A stretch of DNA of 64,000 bases, from contig JYFJ02000549.1 of assembly GCA_000934665.2 (NCBI GenBank), positions 1 through 64,000 on the forward strand, read 5' to 3'. This DNA is from Catajapyx aquilonaris. Lineage: Eukaryota. A program made the translations under genes and the position numbers. This document shows, piece by piece, positions 23,701 to 32,900 of the stretch; position 1 is the stretch's first letter; every line of letters starts with the position of its first letter. The notes under the pieces were generated by a model. That model had not been told where the DNA came from. It made no database searches and saw only the letters and a program-made list of their open reading frames with translations.

Positions 23701-24693
23701 GGTGTTGACCATTAACCTTGACACTGATATGAAAAATGTGGCTTCATCACTGAAAACGAGCCATTCTACAAAACCACCGTCCTCCAACCTTGACTGCATT
23801 TTCATGCAAAGGTCACTTCTTTTCACCTTGTCTGCTGCTGTTAAGGGAACTTGTACGATTTGACACAAAACCTTCCAGACTGTCGTTTTTGTCATGTTCA
23901 GTTCCCTGCTCCCTTTAGTCACTGACTTTCCTCAAAAACACAGAACCCCTCTTCCTGCAGAGTTGCCATTTTGGAAACTGGCCCACCCTGCAGCGACCAT
24001 AAATGAACTGTTGGTAACTCATTTCAAACTTGGACCTTTGCTCTTTGTAATGGTGCAGGTTACACCCATGAAAGGTTGTAAACAGCTGTTTTATTCACTT
24101 ACAAACCGCACCATTCTTTCATAAACACCCTGTATTCTCCTAGAAATCTTGCAGTAAAAACTTTTTTCAGATCACTTTGCTCAACCTTAATAATTTTCTT
24201 TGGCCTAATGTAATTGACTGCATTTCCCAATAAAGGGCTCCTATTGCAAATGCATCCAACTTAGGCCATTTGAACCACTTTAGTAGTCTCTAGCCCCAGT
24301 CAACAAGTTTAAAAATGAAATCAATGTGTTCTCTATGCCCTACGGACCTAACTTAATTATTCAAGAAAATTTGAACACAAATCATTATTTTACCTTTGCA
24401 AAAAATGACTGCTACAACTTAGTAGGCTTATAGCAGTTAAAAAATTTGGTGTAACTGGCTATGGCTGTGTGGTTGAGGAAAGAGCATAATTATACGGCCC
24501 TCATAATTTCTGAACTAGACCCCGTTCCACCACTTATAATATACTACCATGTGACAACTTGCACTTTCATCACTATATTTTGGCAGGAATTTTATGGGAG
24601 TTCTGAATTTCACAATCCATGCTCCACTGCAAAGGAAATTTTATTCATACTGTACTAACTTTAGTTTCAGGCTGCTCATGGGTGACTGAGTGA
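989..24693 (+). CDS. PPIP5K: Inositol hexakisphosphate/diphosphoinositol-pentakisphosphate kinase (PPIP5K/VIP1), 3' portion; 5' exons lie upstream of the window
   Basis: Spliced exons 989-1103, 1165-1292, 2652-2763, 4075-4191, 4495-4604, 4666-4937, [12163-12300], [19281-19322], 19626(or 19671)-19838, 19891-20124, 20873-21652, 24671-24693. All junctions are GT-AG and phase-compatible. Translation carries family motifs [52 protein letters not shown] and [13 protein letters not shown]. Confidence 0.93.
1165..1292 (+). CDS. PPIP5K: PPIP5K exon: [43 protein letters not shown]
   Basis: Follows a 61-bp intron; ccacaag|GAA acceptor, AG|gtgtgt donor; conserved ELNYMTQ..IMLYED motif. Confidence 0.95.
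1453..2171. mobile_element. mariner-type fold-back MITE with TA TSD and a SINE at its centre
   Basis: TA|tgagggcagttccaaagtgatttacaa ... ttgtaaatcattttggtactgcccttg|TA; inverted arms of ~230 bp. Confidence 0.8.
1725..1930 (+). mobile_element. tRNA-derived SINE (family A)
   Basis: A box tggtctaagg, B box ggttcaaattc; body gtcacc..gcttgg.cgggtctttttc.gcttttcaccc is shared with the copy at 10750. Confidence 0.7.
2652..2763 (+). CDS. PPIP5K: PPIP5K exon: [37 protein letters not shown]
   Basis: cttcag|G acceptor, GTC|gtaagt donor; [11 protein letters not shown] and GFRP motifs. Confidence 0.95.
2997..4005. mobile_element. mariner-derived palindromic element (transposase 3' part duplicated in inverted orientation), TA TSD
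   Basis: Arms ~3030-3360 and ~3410-3985 are reverse complements. Remnant transposase peptides LHNNARSH (HDNARPH-like) and [13 protein letters not shown]. Confidence 0.85.
3623..3870. mobile_element. Sola-like MITE: GAG...CTC termini, 4-bp AAAT TSD, nested in the mariner fold-back
   Basis: AAAT|gaggggtgtggtggaaa ... tttccaccacacccctc|AAAT. Confidence 0.75.
4075..4191 (+). CDS. PPIP5K: PPIP5K exon (disordered region): [39 protein letters not shown]
   Basis: ctgcag|CCT acceptor, CCG|gtgggt donor, phase 0-0, open frame. Confidence 0.75.
4495..4604 (+). CDS. PPIP5K: PPIP5K exon: [36 protein letters not shown]
   Basis: ttacag|GAA acceptor, TC|gtaagt donor (phase 2); followed by a 61-bp intron. 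Confidence 0.8.
4666..4937 (+). CDS. PPIP5K: PPIP5K exon: [10 protein letters not shown]...[21 protein letters not shown]
   Basis: ttgcag|A acceptor (phase 2), AGAG|gttagc donor (phase 1); lies within ORF 4622-4942. Confidence 0.8.
5071..5126. repeat. Short inverted repeat / hairpin
   Basis: gggagggtagtcactt ... aagtgactaccctccc (16-bp perfect stem). Confidence 0.7.
6059..7666. mobile_element. Young non-autonomous fold-back DNA transposon with ~490-bp near-identical terminal inverted repeats and an internal 167-bp hairpin (6688-6854)
   Basis: CTAT|ggcctagtccgtatcaattcaggcag ... ctgcctgaattgatatggactaggcc|CTAT; mirror ORFs 6108-6341 and 7375-7608 differ at only 2 aa. Confidence 0.9.
7817..8553. 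mobile_element. Tc1/mariner-derived palindromic element (3' end duplicated)
   Basis: agggtggggcaaaagtcatggg ... cccatgacttttgccccaccctg|TA; remnant [15 protein letters not shown] (WPPRSPDLTPxDFFLWG motif) at ~8184-8230. Confidence 0.88.
9023..9300 (+). mobile_element. tRNA-derived SINE family B with V-SINE-like core and (TTA/TTG)n tail
   Basis: A box tggtgtaaagg, B box gagttcgatccc, core gggtttcctcagtgccctgcggtttcctcccaca; second copy at 16342. Confidence 0.8.
9950..11160. repeat. Old degenerate inverted pair (~9950-10040 and ~11065-11160) enclosing later insertions
   Basis: agactgtcacctg...gatcactgttcaagaactgacctc...ttttgcatccag versus ctggatgcaaaa...gaggtcagttcctgaacagcgatc...caagtgacagtct. 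Confidence 0.55.
10750..11050 (+). mobile_element. tRNA-derived SINE (family A) with G-rich tail
   Basis: A box tggtctagttg, B box ggttcaaatcc; body shared with 1725-1930. Confidence 0.75.
12163..12300 (+). CDS. PPIP5K: Probable PPIP5K cassette exon (phase 1-1, 46 codons): [46 protein letters not shown]
   Basis: Strong acceptor ttttcctcctcctccag, donor TG|gtaagc, 138 nt, no stop in the required frame. Confidence 0.55.
13447..13555. mobile_element. Tiny TTAA-flanked piggyBac-like MITE
   Basis: TTAA|ccact ... agtgg|TTAA; only a short terminal match. Confidence 0.35.
15382..15823. mobile_element. Tc1/mariner-type MITE with ~130-bp TIRs, TA TSD
   Basis: TA|tagggtgaagggaaactc ... gagtttcccttcaccctg|TA; ctaatatagggatgtgcaattagtttt is mirrored. 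Confidence 0.85.
16342..16612 (+). mobile_element. tRNA-derived SINE family B (second copy)
   Basis: Shares catcacagcacaggcaatgattaaagacagtt...aaaagatgatcccctaaa with 9023-9300. Confidence 0.8.
17428..17680. mobile_element. Near-perfect palindromic Tc1/mariner-type MITE, TA TSD, nested in the piggyBac-like element
   Basis: TA|cagggtggacaaacttcaagtgtcg ... cgacacttgaagttggtccaccctg|TA; CpG-rich, so probably young. Confidence 0.88.
17705..18106 (-). mobile_element. Full-length tRNA-derived SINE (family C) with (AAT)n tail and 15-bp TSD
   Basis: TSD aaataataacagcta at 17690-17704 and 18107-18121; minus-strand head gggagatgaagtggtgctgcgg...gggtaagatccc. Confidence 0.85.
19281..19322 (+). CDS. 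PPIP5K: Probable PPIP5K 42-nt microexon (phase 1-1): [14 protein letters not shown]
   Basis: Long pyrimidine-rich acceptor ...catctcgtctgtag, donor AAG|gtatgt, frame-preserving. Confidence 0.6.
19626..19838 (+). CDS. PPIP5K: PPIP5K exon: ...[20 protein letters not shown]...[20 protein letters not shown]...
   Basis: Two in-frame acceptors (19626 and 19671), donor A|gtatgc; RRHRHS..GQ.YFK and [12 protein letters not shown] match arthropod PPIP5K C-terminal motifs. Confidence 0.9.
19891..20124 (+). CDS. PPIP5K: PPIP5K exon: [34 protein letters not shown]...
   Basis: Follows a 52-bp intron; ttacag|CC acceptor, A|gtgagt donor; [13 protein letters not shown] is conserved to vertebrates. Confidence 0.93.
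20560..20827. mobile_element. piggyBac-like MITE, TTAA TSD, ~45 bp upstream of a PPIP5K acceptor
   Basis: TTAA|ccctggaactgtgacgtg ... cacgtcacggttccagag|TTAA; subterminal ggggtcttttaggacccc / ggggtcctaaaagacccc. Confidence 0.8.
20873..21652 (+). CDS. PPIP5K: PPIP5K large Ser/Thr/acidic low-complexity exon; if the 21652 donor is skipped, the frame reads through to TGA at 21673-21675
   Basis: ttttgttacag|GC acceptor in phase with the previous exon; 277-aa ORF 20842-21675; ATG|gtaagg donor at 21652. Confidence 0.85.
22563..22826. mobile_element. Sola-like MITE (same family as 3623-3870, opposite orientation), AAAT TSD
   Basis: AAAT|gaggggtgtggtggaaaaa ... tttttccaccacacccctc|AAAT; internal gagtataccaaactgtttgtcatgtctt is the reverse complement of the 3623 copy. 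Confidence 0.75.
23267..23425. mobile_element. Small inverted-repeat MITE
   Basis: gtacggaaaatgacagaacaatctgacgtcatca / tgatgacgtcagatcgttctctcgttttccgtac. Confidence 0.6.
23433..24132. mobile_element. Tc1/mariner-derived element with the 5' end duplicated in inverted orientation
   Basis: agggtgtttataaaagaat ... attctttcataaacaccctg|TA; minus-strand remnant [14 protein letters not shown]...LVFSDEATF (HTH plus first catalytic Asp motif). Confidence 0.85.
24671..24693 (+). CDS. PPIP5K: Probable PPIP5K terminal coding exon: (G)CSWVTE*
   Basis: Branch-like tactaac followed by tttagtttcag acceptor; phase 1 matches the donor at 21652; ATTAAA at ~24830. Confidence 0.55.
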
Positions 24694-25121
24694 ACAATAC
24701 TGGTCAACAAAGGAGAGACAAACTCCAGCACAATGTGCTTGCAGCTCATCTGATTATGAACATTGGGCCCGTCCATTTCTACCTTAAGGAAAAGAAAGCA
24801 TATCAAATCGAACCTGAAACCTGAAACTTATTAAACACCATGTACCTAGGTATGACCCAGAGTGCATCTGAAATGCCTGATTTGTGTGAAATAAGGTGGC
24901 TAGGAGGACATAATTATTACAGTGCCATAGCTCTTGACAGTGCTCATTTGTATGATATAGCCATAATCCCTTATCCCATGTTATAGGATGAAGCACCCTA
25001 CCTGGAAAGTGTCATCATAGAGCAGATTTGTACAAGGCACTAAGTTATTACAGGCTAGAAAAATCAGCTCTATACCAACTAAACCGTAGTTCGCATGGAT
25101 GCAATTTTCACCTCTAACACT

Positions 25122-25897
25122 TTAAATGGATTGCCTCTTGAACCAGCACAGAATGTTGACCCATATAAAGGTGCAACAGCCCACATACACAACACGTGCT
25201 CTGGGTGGAATCAGGAAGAAGTTGATCGATTGCATTGGCAACCAATACATGCAACTGGTCTGGAAAGAAAATCGGAATGCATTCACTGCCATCCGAAATG
25301 GTCATGTTTCCCCACCTTGTATGTAGGCAACAGTTTCTTTTTGCATTCTTCTAGTAGATCTGGCTTCCTCTCCATTAAACTCATTCCTACGACGATAGAC
25401 ATTGGATTTAATCAGTCACTTACGCGTAAAGGATGCTATACTTACCGACGTAAAATATGACAAGCAACGGTGGAGTCAGGATGGACTGGTCCAGCACTAA
25501 CTTTTTCAACACTATTTTAGGAGCAGTACCCACAAATCTTGCATCTAGCCATTTATACCTGCAAAATTACATTATCAATCTGTAGGTCGAGCTGGATTAC
25601 GGTGCAAAAATCAAAAGGTTAGCGCCTTACCAGTTATACAAAATTGGCGGGAAAATGCAAGTCCCCAGAACTGCATAGCGTCCAATGAGATTAGTGTCGT
25701 ATGGAAGAGGCTCAGGCTCTGCCTGAAAAATGCATTTTTCAACCATGCCCACCATCAGATATTCAAATGAAAACACTCACTAATAGCTTATTGTTGACAG
25801 TCTGTTGAGAAAATTCCGCCCCCACATAGAGCGAACCGTAGACGACGGCGTTGGACAATAGTGGATATTGCTTGAATAACTGCTTGACTTTTGACAT
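25122..25897 (-). CDS. MPV17L: Mpv17/PXMP2-family membrane protein (Mpv17-like), complete, 176 aa, 5 coding exons
   Basis: Exons 25781-25897, 25631-25722, 25446-25558, 25316-25386, 25122-25259 with GT-AG introns of 58, 72, 59 and 56 bp. Protein: MSKVKQLFKQYPLLSNAVVYGSLYVGAEFSQQ...LYNWYKWLDARFVG...KKLVLDQSILTPPLLVIFYVGMSLME...YWLPMQSINFFLIPPRARVVYVGCCTFIWVNILCWFKRQSI*. Family motifs present: WYKWLD, KKLVLDQ, WLPxQxINF. Confidence 0.95.
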
Positions 25898-28270
25898 GAC
25901 CCTTGCTGAAGTGAATCCGCTGGTACTGGCCGAGGGTAAGAGCTGGTGGAAACCAATGTGACCCGTCACGATTCCGAATGTGACTGCAGCTGCGACAGAT
26001 AGTGCTACAGCTAACTAGCTTCCTTCCTTATCTCATGATTGCTAGTAACCATTTCTATTGGAACCTGTCCAACGCGGCCAATTGACTTAACCTATGCTAA
26101 GCTAGTGTAGTCAGCATAAGTGCATGCTCGCAGAGACTGCGATATTTATACTGTGCCATAAATACCATTAACTGCATTCTTTTATGAAATGCGATATAGG
26201 ATACATAGCCTACTGTTCAGGATATTTTCACGTTTTCTTGCTTTTCACTTTTCACGTGTAAATTATACAAACATGAACCAAGGGCATCTTAAAAGAAACG
26301 TTAATGATATCGCTGGTACCAACGAAATGCTGTCAACAAGCGTGTAGAAAAATAAGAGCATTCATGGTCTGTCATGCGATACCTTTTTCTATAGCTGCCT
26401 GTCATTAAATCCTGACCACCAAAAGGTAACGAACTGCACTAGCCCTTTTATATCACACCTAGGCGCTAGTAATCACGGCACGCTTATGGAAACCCGCAGA
26501 TTGCATTGCCGGAAACAGATATACCCTCTCCACAGATTACGTGGTGCTCTGAAACATCAGATAAAACCTGAGTGAGGAAAGTGTCATTTTTCTTATTGAT
26601 TGTTCTGAACATGAGGAATAGATAGGCCTATAGATAGGTTACATGTAGCCACAAGAAAAAATAGACGAGGACCATCAAAAACAATATTAAAAGTGCGTGA
26701 CCAGATAAGCAGAGCTCTTAATTACTCCGTGAAAAAAATGGATTCATCTTCGAATGGGCAGGTGCAAGTTACATAACGCTTACTTGGTGTAATATAAAAA
26801 ATAATATTTGATGTTTTGGTATGTGTCTCTGATATAGGCTAAAAGTGAGATTGATTTGCGATATTACTACATGCCAAGGCCGCTTTCTTGAATGGAAGCA
26901 GAAACTCATTTTAATGATATCCATGTAGGCCATATGGTGTTTGGATGAATCCATTACTTTCAAGAAGGTCGCAATCACATGTGAGTCCAAATTGAGTTAG
27001 GCATCGAATTTATACAGTCTTACAGTCCTCAGCGCATACCATCAAGTCAGTTTTCCTCTAGAGCAGCCATAGTCACCTAGAAAGATGTTTAAAAGGGTGA
27101 TCCCATTAGGAGATAAGAAAGTCTTCCAACTTCAGATCTCATATCCTGAAATCCTTTCAGGACTCTGACGTTTTGCATTTCAGGTATTCAGAATAATAAA
27201 AAGACTATGTCAGAAGGAGGGGAAAATGATGCATCTATAATCCACTTAATGTCAATTGCTGTAAACAAACAGATGGTCTTCCACATCGTCAACTTGGGCG
27301 AAATACATCCTGTACACACTTTCCAATTTCAAAAATATAACACAGGTCTAGCTAGAGAGCTTATTTTTATTGTAGGATAATCCAATTCGATTTGTTTAAA
27401 AGTTTAGGCCTGTATAGTTAAAACTGTAATTGATTTGTCACAAACCGTCGAATCCTGCATACTAAAGTGTAAAGCCGAGTGCGAGTTTGATAAAACCAGT
27501 TTCTCTGCTGGAGTCAATTACCAATGAATGCTCGTCATACCCATGTGAAATGGGAGGACACACTGCCGATACAACTTTCTCTCCCTATATATGATATGAA
27601 CTCAGAGCAATAGAGTGAATCTGTAGCACTGATAACAAAAAGGTGCCATTAAAAAAGCAATAAAATACTTTGTATCATTTTCTCATTAATTGATTTAAAA
27701 AAATAGAGACACCCTGTCACGATATAAAATTAGTGCAGAAAAATCCAGTTCACAGTCGAGTTGCTTGACATAACGAGCATGGGTCGACGTAATGGGGGAA
27801 CTGCAGTGGAGCCTTGCAAGTGAATACAAGAGTGCATAGCCAGCGATTGCACGCGCTGATGTATTTTTGACCAAGAGCCTGAAAAGATGAGGAAAGATGA
27901 ATGCGGTGCTCAACGCCCGTGGAGACGTACGTTGCCTTTTACACCTTCACCTCGCGGAAGTACTCGCCTGACTCCACACCTGGGGAATCAAGGAACCTGG
28001 ATTTTTTTTATTATCTCTCTACTTCCTCCTTCACTATTTATTCGAGGCACCTAATTATTGTAACTTAGTAGTGGCCTGCACGAATGTTCCTAACGGCATT
28101 AGCCTACGAACGGTCGTCCTGGGTAATCAGATCTTACTGATAGGCTGTCGACCACACATTAGTGTAGGCCTATGCAGGATTGATTTCTTCGTTTTATGGG
28201 TCGAATTTTTCCTGCGATTCATATCTGCAGAGCGGATCTATGATAACTTTCTGACCAGAGAAAATACTAA

Positions 28271-28273
<3 letters not shown>

Positions 28274-28344
<71 letters not shown>
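28274..28344. repeat. (TAT)n microsatellite
   Basis: Read directly from the sequence. Confidence 0.95.
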
Positions 28345-28346
<2 letters not shown>

Positions 28347-29765
28347 CGGGGAGACTGTTAGTGGTGTACTAAATGAGCAGAAAAATGATAAATAACGTAC
28401 GAATTTGTTTTTATATTGACATTTTTATTAATTTATTTGAGAGTTACGAACATATTATAGCTGTACTGAAAAATAGCTTTCTATGCAAGTTTGCTGCCTG
28501 ACGAAATACCTCGGATTCTACTGAGTACAGTGCCACGTGAAAACCATATACAGACCTGGTTTTCCCTACTTTGTGAACATCTAAAGGCCGCAAAGTATAA
28601 AGTCACTTTGCTTTTCGTTAGTCTGGAACCTTAAAGCTACATTTTTCCCACGCTTGCTTTTTCCACCTGTTAGTGGGAAAGTTAGTTTGGTACTTTATAG
28701 CAGAGGGAGTATGCGTAGCTTGAAATGCACGCACGCTGTCTACCGCTGGTTCGATGAATTAAGTTGGCCCACTTGGATTGGCTCCTCCTTCCTTTGAAAC
28801 ACTGTTCAAAAGGGGCCCTCCCGCCACACTCCCCCATCTCCCCCCTTCCCCCCCTTCCCCTCTCTCCATGATTCCCGCTACCACAAGTCATTTCCCGCTC
28901 TCCTCGCGGCAGGGAAGGACCTTCCACGCACGTCTACAACTCAGGTTAGTCCATGTGCGCTTAGAGGCCATTTAAACTTCTTTTTTTTTCCAAAACTGGC
29001 TTAAACTGCGAGCCCGTTCGGTTCCTGACTTAGGCCTAAGACCGGTTGCATTTTCATCTATTTTGTATATTTTGTAAAAATTATTCTCAATCGCGAAACT
29101 CGTGACTCATCGGATTTGCTACCTGTCTATTCTACCTGTAACTAGCATGTGCGTTCAATTTCTGATGTTCACTTCTAATGTAGGATATCACATAGTTTTA
29201 TTACGAGTATCACGGGGCCAGAAACTGGTTGTAAAGTTGAAGCTGGGGGGGCGGAAGATGAGATTCGTGCTTTAGTGGTCCATAAGACGAAAAATATGGA
29301 ATGGCCTTTACGGTGTGGTACGGTAACTTTGTCGATAACAATGGATTAGTAGGGTTGGGACTGATGTAAGGGCGGTTAGGTCATTTGCACAATACTTTTT
29401 CGAACGGTTCAACGCATGTTCAACTTAACAAAACTTCAAACCGTGTAACTTTTCGTGCACCGGTATCAATAAACATGATCTTATTCATACAATAATGGAA
29501 TTGCTTCCTTCCCCGGTGCAAGAACTAGATTGTTGGGTGCATATCGCCCTTTAGAGAAAATTTAGGGCGTTTTTATTAATGACGGCTGCATACCAACATG
29601 TCATGCTGTGCAGTGTTAATTAATGGATTGCTATTCCACAGAGGAATGGAGAACAGGTGAACACTTGTCGGTCATGTGGTGGTTATCATGACGTCAACAG
29701 AGTGTTGAACATGGATAGTGTGGATTGTGTCAGTGCAGGTGACATCCACCTATAATGGGACTAGC

Positions 29766-29900
29766 ATGGCCGCCACTGAGGATCTCATACACCAGCTGCG
29801 AGATGTGTTCGATTTGTGCGACGAGGATAAAACCGGATATATCTCCATCAATCACTTGTTGCAGTTGGGCCAAAAGCATATCGGGGGTGGTAGAGCTCAG
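29766..29900 (+). CDS. RAB11FIP4: Rab11-FIP exon 1 (EF-hand 1): MAATEDLIHQLRDVFDLCDEDKTGYISINHLLQLGQKHIGGGRAQ
   Basis: agcATGG start, canonical DxDxxGxI loop, CAG|gtaagc donor. Confidence 0.9.
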
Positions 29901-32900
29901 GTAAGCACATACTTTGGCATTTTCTTAATTTAGCATCAGAGGGCTGCTGTGTCTGTTGTAATATGGCCATATACAAAAGTGCCTTTTGTTCCTCCGGTCT
30001 GGGTCAGACGCTTCAGAGCCCCTGATGAATGGGAAATATTTTCTGTCGCCAACTACGTAATACCACTTTTCAATGAAATTGCACTGGAGAGTAGGAATAC
30101 TGAGATTCTTTAGCTGTTGCATTTTTGGTGACGTAGAGTGAAAGGCATCTTCGTCCCTACAGCCCCGCCCCCCTCCTTACTGTATGAAATATTGAGCAGG
30201 AAAACATGAATTAGTGCGTGGACGATGTGAAACACCTCGTTTTGCACTCTTTTTCACGTCTCATCCCCTAGTGTTACACTGTGTTGGCTTCTGGTTGTAG
30301 TCCGTGAGACCAAGCTTCCTCCTGCAAACCACTCTGGCTTGTTGCAGTAGTTGTCAGAGCAGCCTGTATGGTTTGATAAGCGGGGCTGGACAAATTACAG
30401 TTTATTGGCTTTTTGTACTGTTGTAGGCTGTAAACTATGTCTAGAACTGGCTTCTTGCAGAGACAGAAACTTGTAAATTGCTGAGTCAGCCAGGTAGGGC
30501 AGTAGATTTTAATTAGGCTCTGCAGTAAATAATATTATTGTTATACTGTACATATTGTTTCAACCGTATTCCGTGTAATACGCTACGACTAACCCGACAG
30601 CATACAGCAGTATAGCGGCGAATATACCACAGATATTTAAAACAGTATGTTTACTGATTATTTCGCCACACTTTTAAAATATCCGGTCCAATTATACACG
30701 TTTTAAAAATATTAATTTCATGCAAAAAAAAAAAAAGATATCGTCAAGTTACACCACTGCCTTGGACTTTTATAATTAATTTCTGGCACTGACCAGAGAT
30801 TCGCATTTTCAAATGCGGTACCGTAACATACTGGTATATTAAAAGATTTATCCCCGTCTCCATGACGTCATATCCTATATGTTTAATTCGCTAGCATAAT
30901 GGGAAGCCATTCATTTTACAAACACGAAAAAACACTGATTCGCAAAAAGTACGCAAGAGAGTTATTGTAGACCTACTCCTGATATGCTGGTGTAAAATAC
31001 CAGTACCAGCTATAAAATCAGGTTTTTACAAGTTCAAACTTACGTCACCAATATTGTCATTACTAAACAATGACAACAAAGGTATGTAATGCCAATCCAA
31101 ACTGGAACAAATAATTGGAATATTGCATGCCAGTATGCAAGTGAGAGTGAGTCCCCCATAGAAAATACATATATAGCCCGTCTACAGCAAAATAAGAATA
31201 GCAATTATGTTCCATACACTCCTACACATTGGCACGGACTATCAGCATGATCAAGTGTGGCAAAAGCACTGAAGGATATTAAAAACCGCAATGCAGGCTG
31301 CCGTGAGACACGTTGTTTGGACAGCAACTGACAATTGGCGCCCCCAAATTATTCATTAGTATCGACTCCACACTATACAAGTGACCACGACGGTAGAGTA
31401 GAAACAAGCAAGAGTGTCACATCTGGCGTGGGTTCGTGTTTGACCACTCAGAGGTCGGCATGCGGAAATGACGAAATGGGGGTGGCGTACACGCCCATTT
31501 TGGAGCTTCCGGAGTGAGAAAGGAAGGGCACATGTCACCGCACGGATTTGTATTGTGCGGAGGATGGACCTTTCACAGTTGTTTTTTTTTTGGCGAAAGC
31601 TGGGATTTTTTTGGCGCAAATTTGATTGGATAGCATCGTTTTGGACAGGAACTAGATATGGGAAGAAACGCATGACTGTTTATGTAGTACTTTATGATTT
31701 ATGAGAGTTTGCAATGGCGATTCGGGGGTGTACTGTATACTGTTGAAAAGGTCGGAGGGTTGTCAGTTCCGTCTGTTATGAATGATTTAGGCTTTGCCTG
31801 AAATGTCAATAATTACACGCGTGCATGATATACGGTATGGTGTTGCACTGTGCGTTTCGGAAAAGAAAACCTCTGGACAGGTGTCGATATTTTTTGCCAT
31901 TACGTTAAGGCACAAAATTGCCTCAAGGCAGGCAACTAGCTACGCAGTTACACAGAGCCTTTTTTATTGACATTATTAAGGTAATGATAATGGGGATGTC
32001 AACCATGTATAAGCCTGTAGACAATGTAGAGGAATTGGGCGTTACCAAGAGCTTTTGACGTTACGTATAGCGCAAGTCATGGTGTGGTAGTTGTAATAAG
32101 GTTAATTTAATTTCGGTATGTTACATAATATTTAACAGATATTTTGTGAATCAGAAGCACTAACGCTGATAAGAATTGCGCATTTTTTGCTAGAACGATC
32201 GTAATATTATGATAAAATATTGGTAAAACATCATGGGCGGATCAGCTGATAATGTGCCAAGTTTAACTGATTAGCCTTGGACTTGACTAAATATAGTTTT
32301 AAATGCAACTCGAGATCAGTGGACGCCGATATACCGAGAAAAAAACAAAAACATTACGCGATGATTCATATTAATACGAATCGACTATCGGAGCGCATGT
32401 GGAAGGCATTGCCATCTCCAAGGTTATTCAGATAGTATCGGTCATCGTCATGGCCACCCACCACTGACGAGCATGGTTGCGTCATCATATGGGCAGTGTG
32501 TGATCCCACGTGACGTCAGTTTATGTGTCAGAAAAATGGAAATGTGGGATTTATGGCCCCCCCTCTCCCTCCTCTCCGGACCGGCCCCTCTCTCTTCGTC
32601 TCTGTTGTTGTTTCCCTGGCTACAGTAATTTCTACCCGTAACGCTAACACGCGAGCCTTTTACTCAGGAGACCCTGTCATTCCGATCGTTATCGGACAAA
32701 AAATAACCGTTTTCTCTTAGGGCGTTTTGTTTTCTCGGAGATTTTCTCCTCATCCTCCCTCCCATGTGCCAAAACTACACTCAGGAGGATCAGGACCGTT
32801 CAGAACACTGTCCTGGGCTCGGCATTGTATGTGAAAATTACTGTAGGATAGACGTTGTATTTCATGGCATTCATGTACAGGGTATTCCCAAGTTGATGAT

